IMG/VR virus record: IMGVR_UViG_3300031087_000514
Direction: 5' to 3' (one strand)
From: a virus
Taxonomy: Duplodnaviria > Heunggongvirae > Uroviricota > Caudoviricetes
DNA: 38,345 nucleotides
The translations under genes were made by a program, and so were the position numbers. Positions 9,043 through 17,752 of this stretch are shown piece after piece. The notes under the pieces are model-generated. The model did no database searches. It was not told the origin of the DNA and saw only the letters and a program-made list of their open reading frames with translations. The first letter of the stretch is position 1, and each line of letters starts with the position of its first letter.

Positions 9043-9354
9043 ATGAACTCTTATCCTCAGTATCTTGAACGGTTAGAACAAAAGCTCAACGCTGTTGCTG
9101 ATGCATGTTCTTTCCATGCCCGCACATACCAAGAGTCTCCTCCTAAAAAGCTCACTGAAAAGTATAATGTTCTTTCTGTCGCATGGGATGGTTATCATAT
9201 CATTGAGCTGGACGATGCAAGGTATAAGAGAGTAGAACCTCTTGAATATGACAGCTATAAAGAGTATTTACAAAACTATGTGGCAGTAAAATATGAGCAG
9301 GCTTTCGAGAAAAACTTGAAGACTATGCTCCCGAAAAACCTACGTTGGTGGTAA
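9043..9354 (+). CDS. Hypothetical protein
   Basis: 103-aa ORF in a co-directional run. TG-A-TATACT lies 6 nt before the ATG. Confidence 0.65.
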   Translation: MNSYPQYLERLEQKLNAVADACSFHARTYQESPPKKLTEKYNVLSVAWDGYHIIELDDARYKRVEPLEYDSYKEYLQNYVAVKYEQAFEKNLKTMLPKNLRWW

Positions 9355-9359
9355 AAATT

Positions 9360-10235
9360 ATGACAACATATCATGTGTTTGGTGACACTGGTGGGCATCA
9401 CAAACAGCTGAAAGCTGGTTTAGAAGCTATTGGGCTTAACCCGAAAACATTCAAGCTCCCAGAAGATGTTATTGTAATTCACTGTGGTGATTTGATTCAC
9501 AAAGGTCCTCTCTCAGAAGCTGTAATGCTTCTTGTGGATAAAATCATGGACGTGAACCCAGGGCAATGGATTCAGCTGCTTGGTAACCATGAGTTCCAGT
9601 ATCTTGATGGTGCTCCGTTCTTCTGGGGTGCTGTCATTCCTGCTGATGCTCAACGAATCCTTGCTTCTTGGTTGGAGAAGCGGCGAGTACGGGTTGCGTA
9701 TGCAATTGAAGGTCCTGTTCAGTTCCATGACTTGACTCTTTCTGCTCGTCCGTTTGAAACTCCTGATAAGCCTGTCCTGTTCACACATGCTGGTTTAGCG
9801 AAGCCTTTCTGGGAACAGCGTTTGAAAAGCTCAACGAACATTGTTGAGATAGTAAATGCAATCAACGCGCTACCTATCAAGCAGGTAACTGCTCCTGGTT
9901 CAATGTTGTATGGTGAGCCAGCAGGGGGCGCTCCCTGGAAGCCCGTAGGGCCTGTGTGGGCGCTTTCTACGGACGAAGTATGGGGTTCATGGAAAGATAC
10001 CCCAGATATGCCTTTCATGCAGGTACACGGGCACGTAGCGCCGTTTAGTTATAGCCGTAACTCCTGGTGGCCCACAACCCCGAATGAGTATCGTCGGAAC
10101 GCTAAAATCAACGCTGAGCGCTGCACAACAGTTGTTCGCCTTGCTAACAGTATCCAGGTTGCTGTTGACCCAGGGTATTCAAAGCAAGCAACGAATGCAG
10201 TTCAGCCTGCTTTGAAGATTACAACGAATGACTAA
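9360..10235 (+). CDS. Calcineurin-like metallophosphoesterase
   Basis: GDTGGH, GDLIHKGP, LGNHE, FTHAG and VHGH motifs. Confidence 0.88.
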   Translation: MTTYHVFGDTGGHHKQLKAGLEAIGLNPKTFKLPEDVIVIHCGDLIHKGPLSEAVMLLVDKIMDVNPGQWIQLLGNHEFQYLDGAPFFWGAVIPADAQRILASWLEKRRVRVAYAIEGPVQFHDLTLSARPFETPDKPVLFTHAGLAKPFWEQRLKSSTNIVEIVNAINALPIKQVTAPGSMLYGEPAGGAPWKPVGPVWALSTDEVWGSWKDTPDMPFMQVHGHVAPFSYSRNSWWPTTPNEYRRNAKINAERCTTVVRLANSIQVAVDPGYSKQATNAVQPALKITTND

Positions 10236-10863
10236 AAACAAAAAGCTCCGCTTACCCCTATGGCTACGTATAGTACTGTGGGTAAGCGGAGCTTTCTACG
10301 CTATTTTTCTCATAGTGGCTCGCATCAATGATAAAGACTATCCATTAGGAGCATGGCTATTCCAAGCCTCAGCATTTACCCTTGTAGCTGCTATTTTCTT
10401 CACAATTGTTATTCTTGCTCTGATTGCAATTGTTGACAACCGTTTCTCCCTTTTCTACTCGAAAGTGATAGCAGAGGTGCATGAGAATGAATTGCAGTTT
10501 GTATACACAACGCGTCTAGGCTTGAAACTTCGTAAGAGGTTGGTGCGTTTAGAGCAGGGTCAGGCTTTCTTTATAGAAGAATCTCATTTGTTTCAGGATA
10601 CGTATTTACAAATCTGGGATGGGAATCCTTGGATGCAATACGACCGGTACATTATGGTTCCCAGCAGGTCTGACAAAACGAAGCTTTTTGAAATGAATGC
10701 GGCAGTTATCAGTCAACGATCTGAGCTACGAGAGTCTTTGACTGAGGTGCTTGTTGCATGGTTTGGTTCTACTGAATTTGCGCCAGAGCTGGATATTGAC
10801 ACTTGGAAATCAACGGTCCTCAAACCGCCACCGCCAACTTCTCCATACATCACAAATCCCTGA
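10228..10863 (+). CDS. Membrane protein with two N-terminal TM helices
   Basis: Two long hydrophobic stretches, then a soluble domain. Overlaps the upstream stop. Confidence 0.7.
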   Translation: MTKNKKLRLPLWLRIVLWVSGAFYAIFLIVARINDKDYPLGAWLFQASAFTLVAAIFFTIVILALIAIVDNRFSLFYSKVIAEVHENELQFVYTTRLGLKLRKRLVRLEQGQAFFIEESHLFQDTYLQIWDGNPWMQYDRYIMVPSRSDKTKLFEMNAAVISQRSELRESLTEVLVAWFGSTEFAPELDIDTWKSTVLKPPPPTSPYITNP

Positions 10864-10929
10864 TGTAGATAGCTTTTACCACAAGGCTATGATATAATCA
10901 GGTACAGACTTGACTTATAGGATAAGCAT

Positions 10930-11358
10930 ATGAATTACAATCAATTACACCGCAAGATCACTAATGGCGAAATTGCAGCAGACCATAGGTTCTGGATTGT
11001 GGATGTTCGTTATGAAAATGTTGATAACAAGCCGGTCCGGAACGTTTTACCAACAGAAGTTATGCTTGTTCAGAATAATGACCAAGACCGCCGCTATTAT
11101 CATAACGAGTTTACTTTCCGTTCATTCAAGCCAAATGGTGAGCTTTCTGCCAAGTCTATTGCCATTTACCCTAGTGTGTACCGTTCTCGTCCAGATGATA
11201 GTCTCCATATCTTTGTCACGAAAGAAGAAGCGGAAGCTAAATTTCAAGAACAGTGCTTTGAAATTCTTCGTCAGGTAGAAGAGCGAAAAGTTCGCACTAT
11301 TGCTCGTTTTGATGAAATCATCATGGATATAACGCGTAAATTGGATTCAATCTCCTAA
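10930..11358 (+). CDS. Hypothetical protein
   Basis: 142-aa ORF with an AGGA RBS and TG-A-TATAAT at 10890-10898. Confidence 0.7.
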   Translation: MNYNQLHRKITNGEIAADHRFWIVDVRYENVDNKPVRNVLPTEVMLVQNNDQDRRYYHNEFTFRSFKPNGELSAKSIAIYPSVYRSRPDDSLHIFVTKEEAEAKFQEQCFEILRQVEERKVRTIARFDEIIMDITRKLDSIS

Positions 11359-11404
11359 TAGGTAAGAGCCATGCTATGCTACATGAATTGAATTAGGAAA
11401 AATT

Positions 11405-12100
11405 ATGACAGTAGAATTTACCCATTTACGTAATCAAGTCATCCCAAGCTATTTGAGTACGGATGACGATGACCCATACGCTCTTATCTTCGTTGTTAAC
11501 GACAGCAAGAATGATAAGGGTGAGCTTCCTCCTGAGGATCACATCATTGCGGCTGCAATGCATGCTTTGACTGACTTGCTATTGAGCAAGGACGAAGATA
11601 TCCAAACGCGAATTTCAGCTTGGTTGTCAGGTCGTATTCGTAAGATTGTCAAGCGAGCAAAGAATGCTGCTTGGGATAAGACTGCTCAGACAGATGTTCC
11701 TTATTCTGAGTCTTCCTTCAATAATGCTAAAGTCCGTGTTTTTGCCCCTATGCAGCTTTCACAGCAGCCTCCTGCTTTGAAGAAGCTACAAGTGACTGGT
11801 CTGCAAGCAACCGTAAAGCATACTCTTGCAGTAGCAGAGGATATGCTTATTGTGAATGTTGATGCAAACTTGGATATGACAACTGGAAAGCTGATTGCTC
11901 AGGTTGGGCACGCTGTCCAACTGTTTATCATGGACGCAGACGAGAACAAAGTAACTGCCTGGTTAGACGCAGGTCAGCGTGTTGCTGTTATTCCAACCGA
12001 TACTATGCCTTCACAGGATAGTGTTGATGTTGCTGTCCGCGATGCAGGGTTCACCGAGGTTCCTGCTGGCAGCTTGACCGCTACTGCCTTATACCGTTAA
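11405..12100 (+). CDS. Peptidyl-tRNA hydrolase, Pth2 family (actinobacterial long form)
   Basis: GRIRKIVKRA, LDMTTGKLIAQVGHA and VRDAGFTEVPAGSLT motifs. Confidence 0.85.
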   Translation: MTVEFTHLRNQVIPSYLSTDDDDPYALIFVVNDSKNDKGELPPEDHIIAAAMHALTDLLLSKDEDIQTRISAWLSGRIRKIVKRAKNAAWDKTAQTDVPYSESSFNNAKVRVFAPMQLSQQPPALKKLQVTGLQATVKHTLAVAEDMLIVNVDANLDMTTGKLIAQVGHAVQLFIMDADENKVTAWLDAGQRVAVIPTDTMPSQDSVDVAVRDAGFTEVPAGSLTATALYR

Positions 12101-12135
12101 CAAACCACACTCTTAGAAAGGTCCCTTGTTTCGTC

Positions 12136-13029
12136 ATGAAACGAAGTACAAAAATTATCATCGCAATCATTGCTGTGCTTGCAGTAGTCGGCTCTGTCAT
12201 TGCAGGAGTTGTGGCAACTGGTAGTGCAACGCCGAAAACAACAGCGAACATCCAGAAAGAGTATAAGGACGCTTTCAAAGGAGCGAAATACTACAAGGAT
12301 GTTCAAGTCCAAACCTACTCTGGAACTTCTACAACTCCTCAGGAGAATGAGAACAAAGAAGCTGACAGTGCAGCAATTGACTTGCAGCTAAATACCCTTA
12401 CCTCATCTGACTTCAAAGACTTTTTAGATCGTCTTCCCAAAATGGAGATTACAACCTACTACAAAATTGCAGTAGACAAAAAAGAAGCTTACACGGGTTT
12501 GTACGGATTCACATACAAAGATTTGACCGACAAAGATTTTGACAGTAAGATTGCCTCCATCTTGAAAAAGCGTGAAAGCGACAAAGACACTACGTATCTG
12601 CAAGTTTCAGCAGGTAATGTCACCTCAGAGGAGAAGAAAGCTCTGACGGTTTCTATTACTTCACCTGTAAACACTGTTGAAGGAACGCGTAAAGCTGTTG
12701 ACTCTTACCTTGCGAAGAACGTCGATGTCATCGCAGTGAATCTTCCTGATGTCGGTGGTCAGAGCTATTCTCAGAACGCTGTTGTTGATGGAAAGACAGC
12801 TGATTTCAACAAGATTGTTGACTTTGGTCTACAGTTTGGTAAAGCAGTCTTCTCTCCAACGAACGAGATTTCTGTTGTCGGCAAGGATAAGACAGTAACT
12901 ATTTCCTTTGCGAACGTGGATAAAGGCATCACCAAAGAATCATTGCAGAAAACTGCTGATTCTATCAACGCTGGTGGAGCATATGGTTTGACTATCAAAG
13001 TTAACGACCAGACGAAGCCGCAGCAGTAA
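12136..13029 (+). CDS. Secreted or membrane-anchored protein
   Basis: MKRSTK plus a long hydrophobic signal/anchor; Thr/Lys/Asp-rich extracellular-type body. Confidence 0.72.
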   Translation: MKRSTKIIIAIIAVLAVVGSVIAGVVATGSATPKTTANIQKEYKDAFKGAKYYKDVQVQTYSGTSTTPQENENKEADSAAIDLQLNTLTSSDFKDFLDRLPKMEITTYYKIAVDKKEAYTGLYGFTYKDLTDKDFDSKIASILKKRESDKDTTYLQVSAGNVTSEEKKALTVSITSPVNTVEGTRKAVDSYLAKNVDVIAVNLPDVGGQSYSQNAVVDGKTADFNKIVDFGLQFGKAVFSPTNEISVVGKDKTVTISFANVDKGITKESLQKTADSINAGGAYGLTIKVNDQTKPQQ

Positions 13030-13041
13030 ATAAAGACATAC

Positions 13042-13087
13042 ATGAAGAAGGGCTACGAAACTTAGTTGTTTCGTAGCCCTTCTTCAT
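13042..13087. terminator. Bidirectional terminator between convergent genes
   Basis: ATGAAGAAGGGCTACGAAAC-TTAGTT-GTTTCGTAGCCCTTCTTCAT, perfect 20-bp stem. Confidence 0.8.
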
Positions 13088-13093
13088 TGCTGT

Positions 13094-13528
13094 TTAAGCG
13101 TAGATGCTTTCATCCTTGTAACGCAACCAGTCACCATGCTCAATGAGCGGCAAAGTCTCCCGAACGCGAAGGCCAGTGTGCTCAGATGCAATGTAAATCC
13201 ACGCCTGACGGTCAAGACCATCAACAGTGAACTCCAACAGCCTACGGTCGTAGTGGTTCATGTAGGAACCCTCACCGTGGAATCCTTCAAGGAAGTCCAA
13301 GCCCTGCATGGTCTCATCGTAGTTCTCAGAGTCCAGGTACACCAGGGTCGCAGTAACAGTGCCCTCAGCATCAACAAGGTACGGGAACCCACCATTGGTG
13401 TACATCTGGAAACCATCAATGGTCACATCCTGCTCGAGGATAGTGTTTCCAGCAAGGAAAGCATTGTAGTTGCCACAGCCAGGACGTAAAGTTCCGTAAA
13501 CAAGGACAGGATACTGTGTGGTGGTCAT
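13094..13528 (-). CDS. Gamma-glutamylcyclotransferase (AIG2-like)
   Basis: VLVYGTLRPG, GGFPYL, LDFLEG and YDRR motifs. ATG 13528 has a GGAGAG RBS; the ORF track's 13573 start overlaps the -10 box. Confidence 0.88.
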   Translation of the reverse strand: MTTTQYPVLVYGTLRPGCGNYNAFLAGNTILEQDVTIDGFQMYTNGGFPYLVDAEGTVTATLVYLDSENYDETMQGLDFLEGFHGEGSYMNHYDRRLLEFTVDGLDRQAWIYIASEHTGLRVRETLPLIEHGDWLRYKDESIYA

Positions 13529-13571
13529 GCCACTCTCCATTTCAAAGTCATTAATAGTCATTATGCTAACC

Positions 13572-13600
13572 ATTGTATCATTTTAAAAATAAAATGTCAA
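13572..13600 (-). promoter_or_regulatory. Near-consensus sigmaA promoter for the GGCT gene
   Basis: On the minus strand: TTGACA, 17 bp, TG-A-TACAAT. Confidence 0.75.
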
Positions 13601-13678
13601 ATGACCTTCTCAGACAGTGATGTCTTTTACCATGACCGATAGTAATACCTAAGGTTCCTTAAAGAAAGAGAAAACCCT

Positions 13679-16600
13679 ATGTGTCAAGCAATACGTGACG
13701 GTGGACGGCGTTGTCCTGTCCACCAGCACCAAAACATTGCAGCTATCAAAGCTGCTTCTCATCTGAGTGGTCTTACTCGTTTGCAGACTGAACGTATGTT
13801 CGCTGAACTTCGTCGTGAAGGTCGTAACGCTGAGCCTATCTCAAACCGTCTCCGTGCAGGATCAGTTCGTCGTTTACGTAATGCTGTCAATGGTACTCCT
13901 GTTGAGGCTGACGTAACAGCAGAGCTTGAGCGCTCCGCTATTCACGACCATGAAATTGACCCAGCATCAGCATATGCTAACCGTGCACTTATCGCCCGTA
14001 GCCGTGAACGAGCAGCTAACTTGGATCAGCGTTTCCAGGAAGTAGCTAACCGTACAGGTTTGACAAAGCAGGAAGTTGCTCAGAAGTACAAAGAGTTCCG
14101 TGACGCTGTTGACACTAGCCGCGGTTCTGACGTACCAGGTGAATATGACCAGAATACTCGTCGTGCAGCTGTTATTGCTAACCTTCCATATGACCGTGCA
14201 TCTGTTGTCGCATTAGTCAAAATTGACAACTTGACAGAAGCGCAGAGCGAACGTCGCGTTACTCTTATCCCTGCACCTGCAGAATCTCACATCAATGCTT
14301 TCGGATATGATGAAGGCCGTTTGGAAATTGAGTTCGGCAGTCGTTTAGGTGAACCATATTCTTACCAGAATGTTCCAGAAGCTCTTTGGGAAGAACTCCG
14401 TGACAGTGACTCACCAGGTCGTATCTTCGCACGCGAGATTCGTAACAACACTGATTACCAGTACGCTTCACAGGCAGAAGCTGAACGTGATGCTGTACGC
14501 GTACGCTGTGGTGCTTGTGGTCAGTTCCGTGCAGCGTCTCACACCTGCCCCGAGCGTGAGGTTCGCGCTGAACTCTCCAACGCTCCTTTGACTATTGAAC
14601 AAGTTCGGGACGTTCTTGATTCACAAGAAACTGATGTACCAGAAGATGCTGCTGTTGAACCAGTAGATGCTCCTTTAGCTGAAGAAACTCCTTCATTGCC
14701 TGAAAACAATGAGCCTGTTATAGCTGAAACACCAGCAGAAGCTGCTGCACCTGTACCTGAAACATTTATTGTTGCTGCATCTGATATGCCTGACTTGGCC
14801 AACAATCCTGTTGCTCAGGAAGTCCCTGAGCAAACAACGGGATTCCCAAATCAGGTAGGTGCTGATGAAGTGCCAACAGTAGAAACTCCTGAGCGTACTG
14901 TTCTGTCACAATTCCGTCCAGAGAAGCTTGACACCAGTGGTTTGGTTGTCAAAGAAGTTGCTGATTTGTCTCAGCGTCCTGTTTTCATAAACTCTGCAAA
15001 CGTTGATGATTATAGCTGGCAGCTAAGTACTTTGTCTGAATCTGAAAAAGATATCATCAGAAATGCTCCAGCAAACATGCGTTTTGTCATTGGACGAACA
15101 GAGAATTCTCCTAACCAGACCATCCAGAGTAGCTATGACGGTAATGTGTACAATGCTCAAGCTGTCGTAGGTTGGGGTCTCAACGGCACATCTTCCAGTA
15201 ATTACTCTGTAGGTTATCGTATTGCCCGCAAAGGACAGAGCGCTCCTACCCAAACCTTCACAGCAGAAGAAAAGACTGCGGCTGTTGAAGCTGAAAACGC
15301 TGTTCTTACTCAACTTGTTGAAAATGGAACAGCAGAGCGTATTCCATCTATTGCCAGTGAAACACGCCGTTACACAACAGATGCTAATTTGAAAGAACAG
15401 CCTTTCGTCCGTTTCGGTAACGCTGTTGCATTGAAGCGTGCATTGCGTCAAAATAAAGTCGCTATTGTTCCTGTAAGCTTCCGCTCAAAGGAAGGTACGA
15501 AAGGTGACTATGTAGATGACCAGGGTTACAATGTTTACACTCGTTCGCGTAACCAAGTCACAGGTGATGTCGCTCTTCGTCGTGGAGAAAACGGTGCCAT
15601 TGAAGTTATTTCATCCAGCCGTACTTTGAAATGCACTTGCCAGGACTACCGTATGAGATACCATTGCCAGCACGTTGATTATATTCACCGTCATGCAGGA
15701 AATATCGCCCAGCAAATTGCTCCAACCGCAGAAGCTCAGGCTACTGTCGCTCTTACCCCAGAAGGCCAGCACAGCAATCTGTTAACTTCTGCTTTGTCCC
15801 GTCGTGCAGATATTTCTGTTCAGACAAATGAAGATGGGTCACCATACATCTCCTTCGGGGACAACTTGTACGCTGCTGGTAGCCCACGAACAAATTATAG
15901 TCATCAGTACTTCAACCGTCTCCGTATTCCTGAGCGTTTGCGCCCAGCTGACCCTCAGAACATCACAGAAGAAGAAGCTTTGGAGCTATACAAATACCAA
16001 CAGCTTATTTCTCAATTGAATGGACTGACAACAGTAAATTCACCAGCTGCTATTCGTACGGCTGTACGTCGTGCAGACGTTGATGTTCCTGTGACTGGTG
16101 GATTCTACCATTATACTAATGGACGTTCAGAGCGTGCAGAAGTGACTGGAACAATGCGTATCGGTCAGCAGACAGGCGAAATTGAAGACCTGCAAGTGCG
16201 TAGTCATAACTTAAAATGCACCTGTGCTGAGTATGCTGAAAACTACACTTGCCCTCACGTACGTTTTGTCTCCGAGCAGGCATTCGGTATTGCTGGTATC
16301 GGTAGCCAGCAGAATGCCACGACTCACACATGGAGCGGCGCACAGATTGCTTACAGTGAAGACATGCGTGGTGTTGCTGAATTGCAGACATACATTGCTC
16401 GAGGACACTCCGCTGAGGAAGCTCGTCGTCTTATCCGCGAAGAGCGCGAGGCTCGTGTACGTCAAGAAGCCGAGCGTCAGGAACGTCGTCAGCGTGCATT
16501 GGCTGAACAAGCAGAACGTGATGCACGTTATGCTCGTGAGCAAGCAGAACGTTTAGCAACAGCAAACGCTCCTGTTATTGAAGACACAAACGCATATCGT

Positions 16601-17683
16601 GAGCGTATGATGAGCCGTTGGGAAGAACAAGAAGAAGGTTACACATCTAACCCGAAGCAGTTCTACGATGACCACAAAGATGCACTTCGTCGTAAGCGTA
16701 ACGGTGAAGACCCAATTCCATTCCGTACAGAAAACGTCACAGACGGTATTTGTGCTGATGAGCCAGGTGCACGTCAGTTTGGTATTGAGTTGGAGTTCGA
16801 CATCAAACGTGGCGTTGACCGTCGTACAGCTATTCAGAACATCGGTCGTGAACTGCACGAAGCTGGTTTGACAGAACACTCAGGTCAGGACGGGTACCAC
16901 ACTGCTCGTCGTAATGGATGGTCAAGCTGGTCATTGGAGAATGACTCAACAGTCGATGCTGAGCTCGTTTCTCCATTGATGAAAGACACTCCTGAGCACT
17001 GGGAACAGCTGCGTAAGGTTTGTGAAATCATCAACCGTAACGGTGGTGTAGCATCCTCCCGCACCGGTTCACACGTTCACGTTTCAACTGCATCCTACGG
17101 ACTGTCAACAGCAAAGCACGCTGAGTTGCTGCGTACAGTGAACAACAATGAAGACGTGTTGTACCGTATGGCATCCAATCCTGCACGAGGAACACACCGT
17201 GGAACGCAATGGTGTGCACCAAACGCAAGTGACCGTGCTGGAGATGTTAACGAAGAAATCATGAACGGTCACCGCGTTCTTGGTGGACATTCTTCACACA
17301 TGGTTGGTTTGAACTTCGAAGGAACAGCAAACACTGACTTCAAGAAATCAAACGTTGAGTTCCGTATGTGGGACGGTAGCATTGACCCTGCTGTCATCCA
17401 GCAGCAGGTTGCAATGTCAGCTGCTATCACAGACTATGCTGAGCGTAAAGTTGTCAAAGACAAGATTTCACGCAGTGGTGCTGCAACGGACCGTGTTCGT
17501 ATCGGTGCCGGTAAGGCTAAGGAGCGTCAGGCTCTCAACTCAGCTGGAACACAGACTCACACAGAGGAAACCTTCAAAGAGTCAACTGAGCAAGCCGCTC
17601 AGTTCTTCGACAAGATTTTCCGTCGCCGTGAAGACCGTGCAGCAGCTGCATCCTTGTTCGCAGTAACTAACTGGAACGATTAA
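13679..17683 (+). CDS. 1334-aa multidomain protein: N-terminal Cys/His motif, KTSC domain, Zn knuckle, two SWIM zinc fingers, coiled coil and C-terminal amidoligase (COOH-NH2 ligase) domain
   Basis: KTSC: SHINAFGYDEGRLEIEF..YSYQNVPEALWEEL..SPGR. Knuckle: CGACGQF..HTC. SWIM: CTC..Y...CxH twice. Ligase: FGIELEF, ENDSTVDAELVSP, GSHVHVS, VEFRMWDG. Confidence 0.82.
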   Translation: MCQAIRDGGRRCPVHQHQNIAAIKAASHLSGLTRLQTERMFAELRREGRNAEPISNRLRAGSVRRLRNAVNGTPVEADVTAELERSAIHDHEIDPASAYANRALIARSRERAANLDQRFQEVANRTGLTKQEVAQKYKEFRDAVDTSRGSDVPGEYDQNTRRAAVIANLPYDRASVVALVKIDNLTEAQSERRVTLIPAPAESHINAFGYDEGRLEIEFGSRLGEPYSYQNVPEALWEELRDSDSPGRIFAREIRNNTDYQYASQAEAERDAVRVRCGACGQFRAASHTCPEREVRAELSNAPLTIEQVRDVLDSQETDVPEDAAVEPVDAPLAEETPSLPENNEPVIAETPAEAAAPVPETFIVAASDMPDLANNPVAQEVPEQTTGFPNQVGADEVPTVETPERTVLSQFRPEKLDTSGLVVKEVADLSQRPVFINSANVDDYSWQLSTLSESEKDIIRNAPANMRFVIGRTENSPNQTIQSSYDGNVYNAQAVVGWGLNGTSSSNYSVGYRIARKGQSAPTQTFTAEEKTAAVEAENAVLTQLVENGTAERIPSIASETRRYTTDANLKEQPFVRFGNAVALKRALRQNKVAIVPVSFRSKEGTKGDYVDDQGYNVYTRSRNQVTGDVALRRGENGAIEVISSSRTLKCTCQDYRMRYHCQHVDYIHRHAGNIAQQIAPTAEAQATVALTPEGQHSNLLTSALSRRADISVQTNEDGSPYISFGDNLYAAGSPRTNYSHQYFNRLRIPERLRPADPQNITEEEALELYKYQQLISQLNGLTTVNSPAAIRTAVRRADVDVPVTGGFYHYTNGRSERAEVTGTMRIGQQTGEIEDLQVRSHNLKCTCAEYAENYTCPHVRFVSEQAFGIAGIGSQQNATTHTWSGAQIAYSEDMRGVAELQTYIARGHSAEEARRLIREEREARVRQEAERQERRQRALAEQAERDARYAREQAERLATANAPVIEDTNAYRERMMSRWEEQEEGYTSNPKQFYDDHKDALRRKRNGEDPIPFRTENVTDGICADEPGARQFGIELEFDIKRGVDRRTAIQNIGRELHEAGLTEHSGQDGYHTARRNGWSSWSLENDSTVDAELVSPLMKDTPEHWEQLRKVCEIINRNGGVASSRTGSHVHVSTASYGLSTAKHAELLRTVNNNEDVLYRMASNPARGTHRGTQWCAPNASDRAGDVNEEIMNGHRVLGGHSSHMVGLNFEGTANTDFKKSNVEFRMWDGSIDPAVIQQQVAMSAAITDYAERKVVKDKISRSGAATDRVRIGAGKAKERQALNSAGTQTHTEETFKESTEQAAQFFDKIFRRREDRAAAASLFAVTNWND

Positions 17684-17700
17684 TTAGAGGATAACCGATA

Positions 17701-17752
17701 ATACAGAATGAGCCTCCCAGGAACCCCTACTCCTGGGAGGCTCATTCTGTAT
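17701..17752. terminator. Bidirectional terminator between convergent genes
   Basis: ATACAGAATGAGCCTCCCAGGA-ACCCCTAC-TCCTGGGAGGCTCATTCTGTAT, perfect 22-bp stem. Confidence 0.8.

Noticed and set aside
13136-13489. Plus-strand ORF opposite the GGCT
   Set aside because: The minus strand has clear GGCT motifs, a promoter and an RBS.
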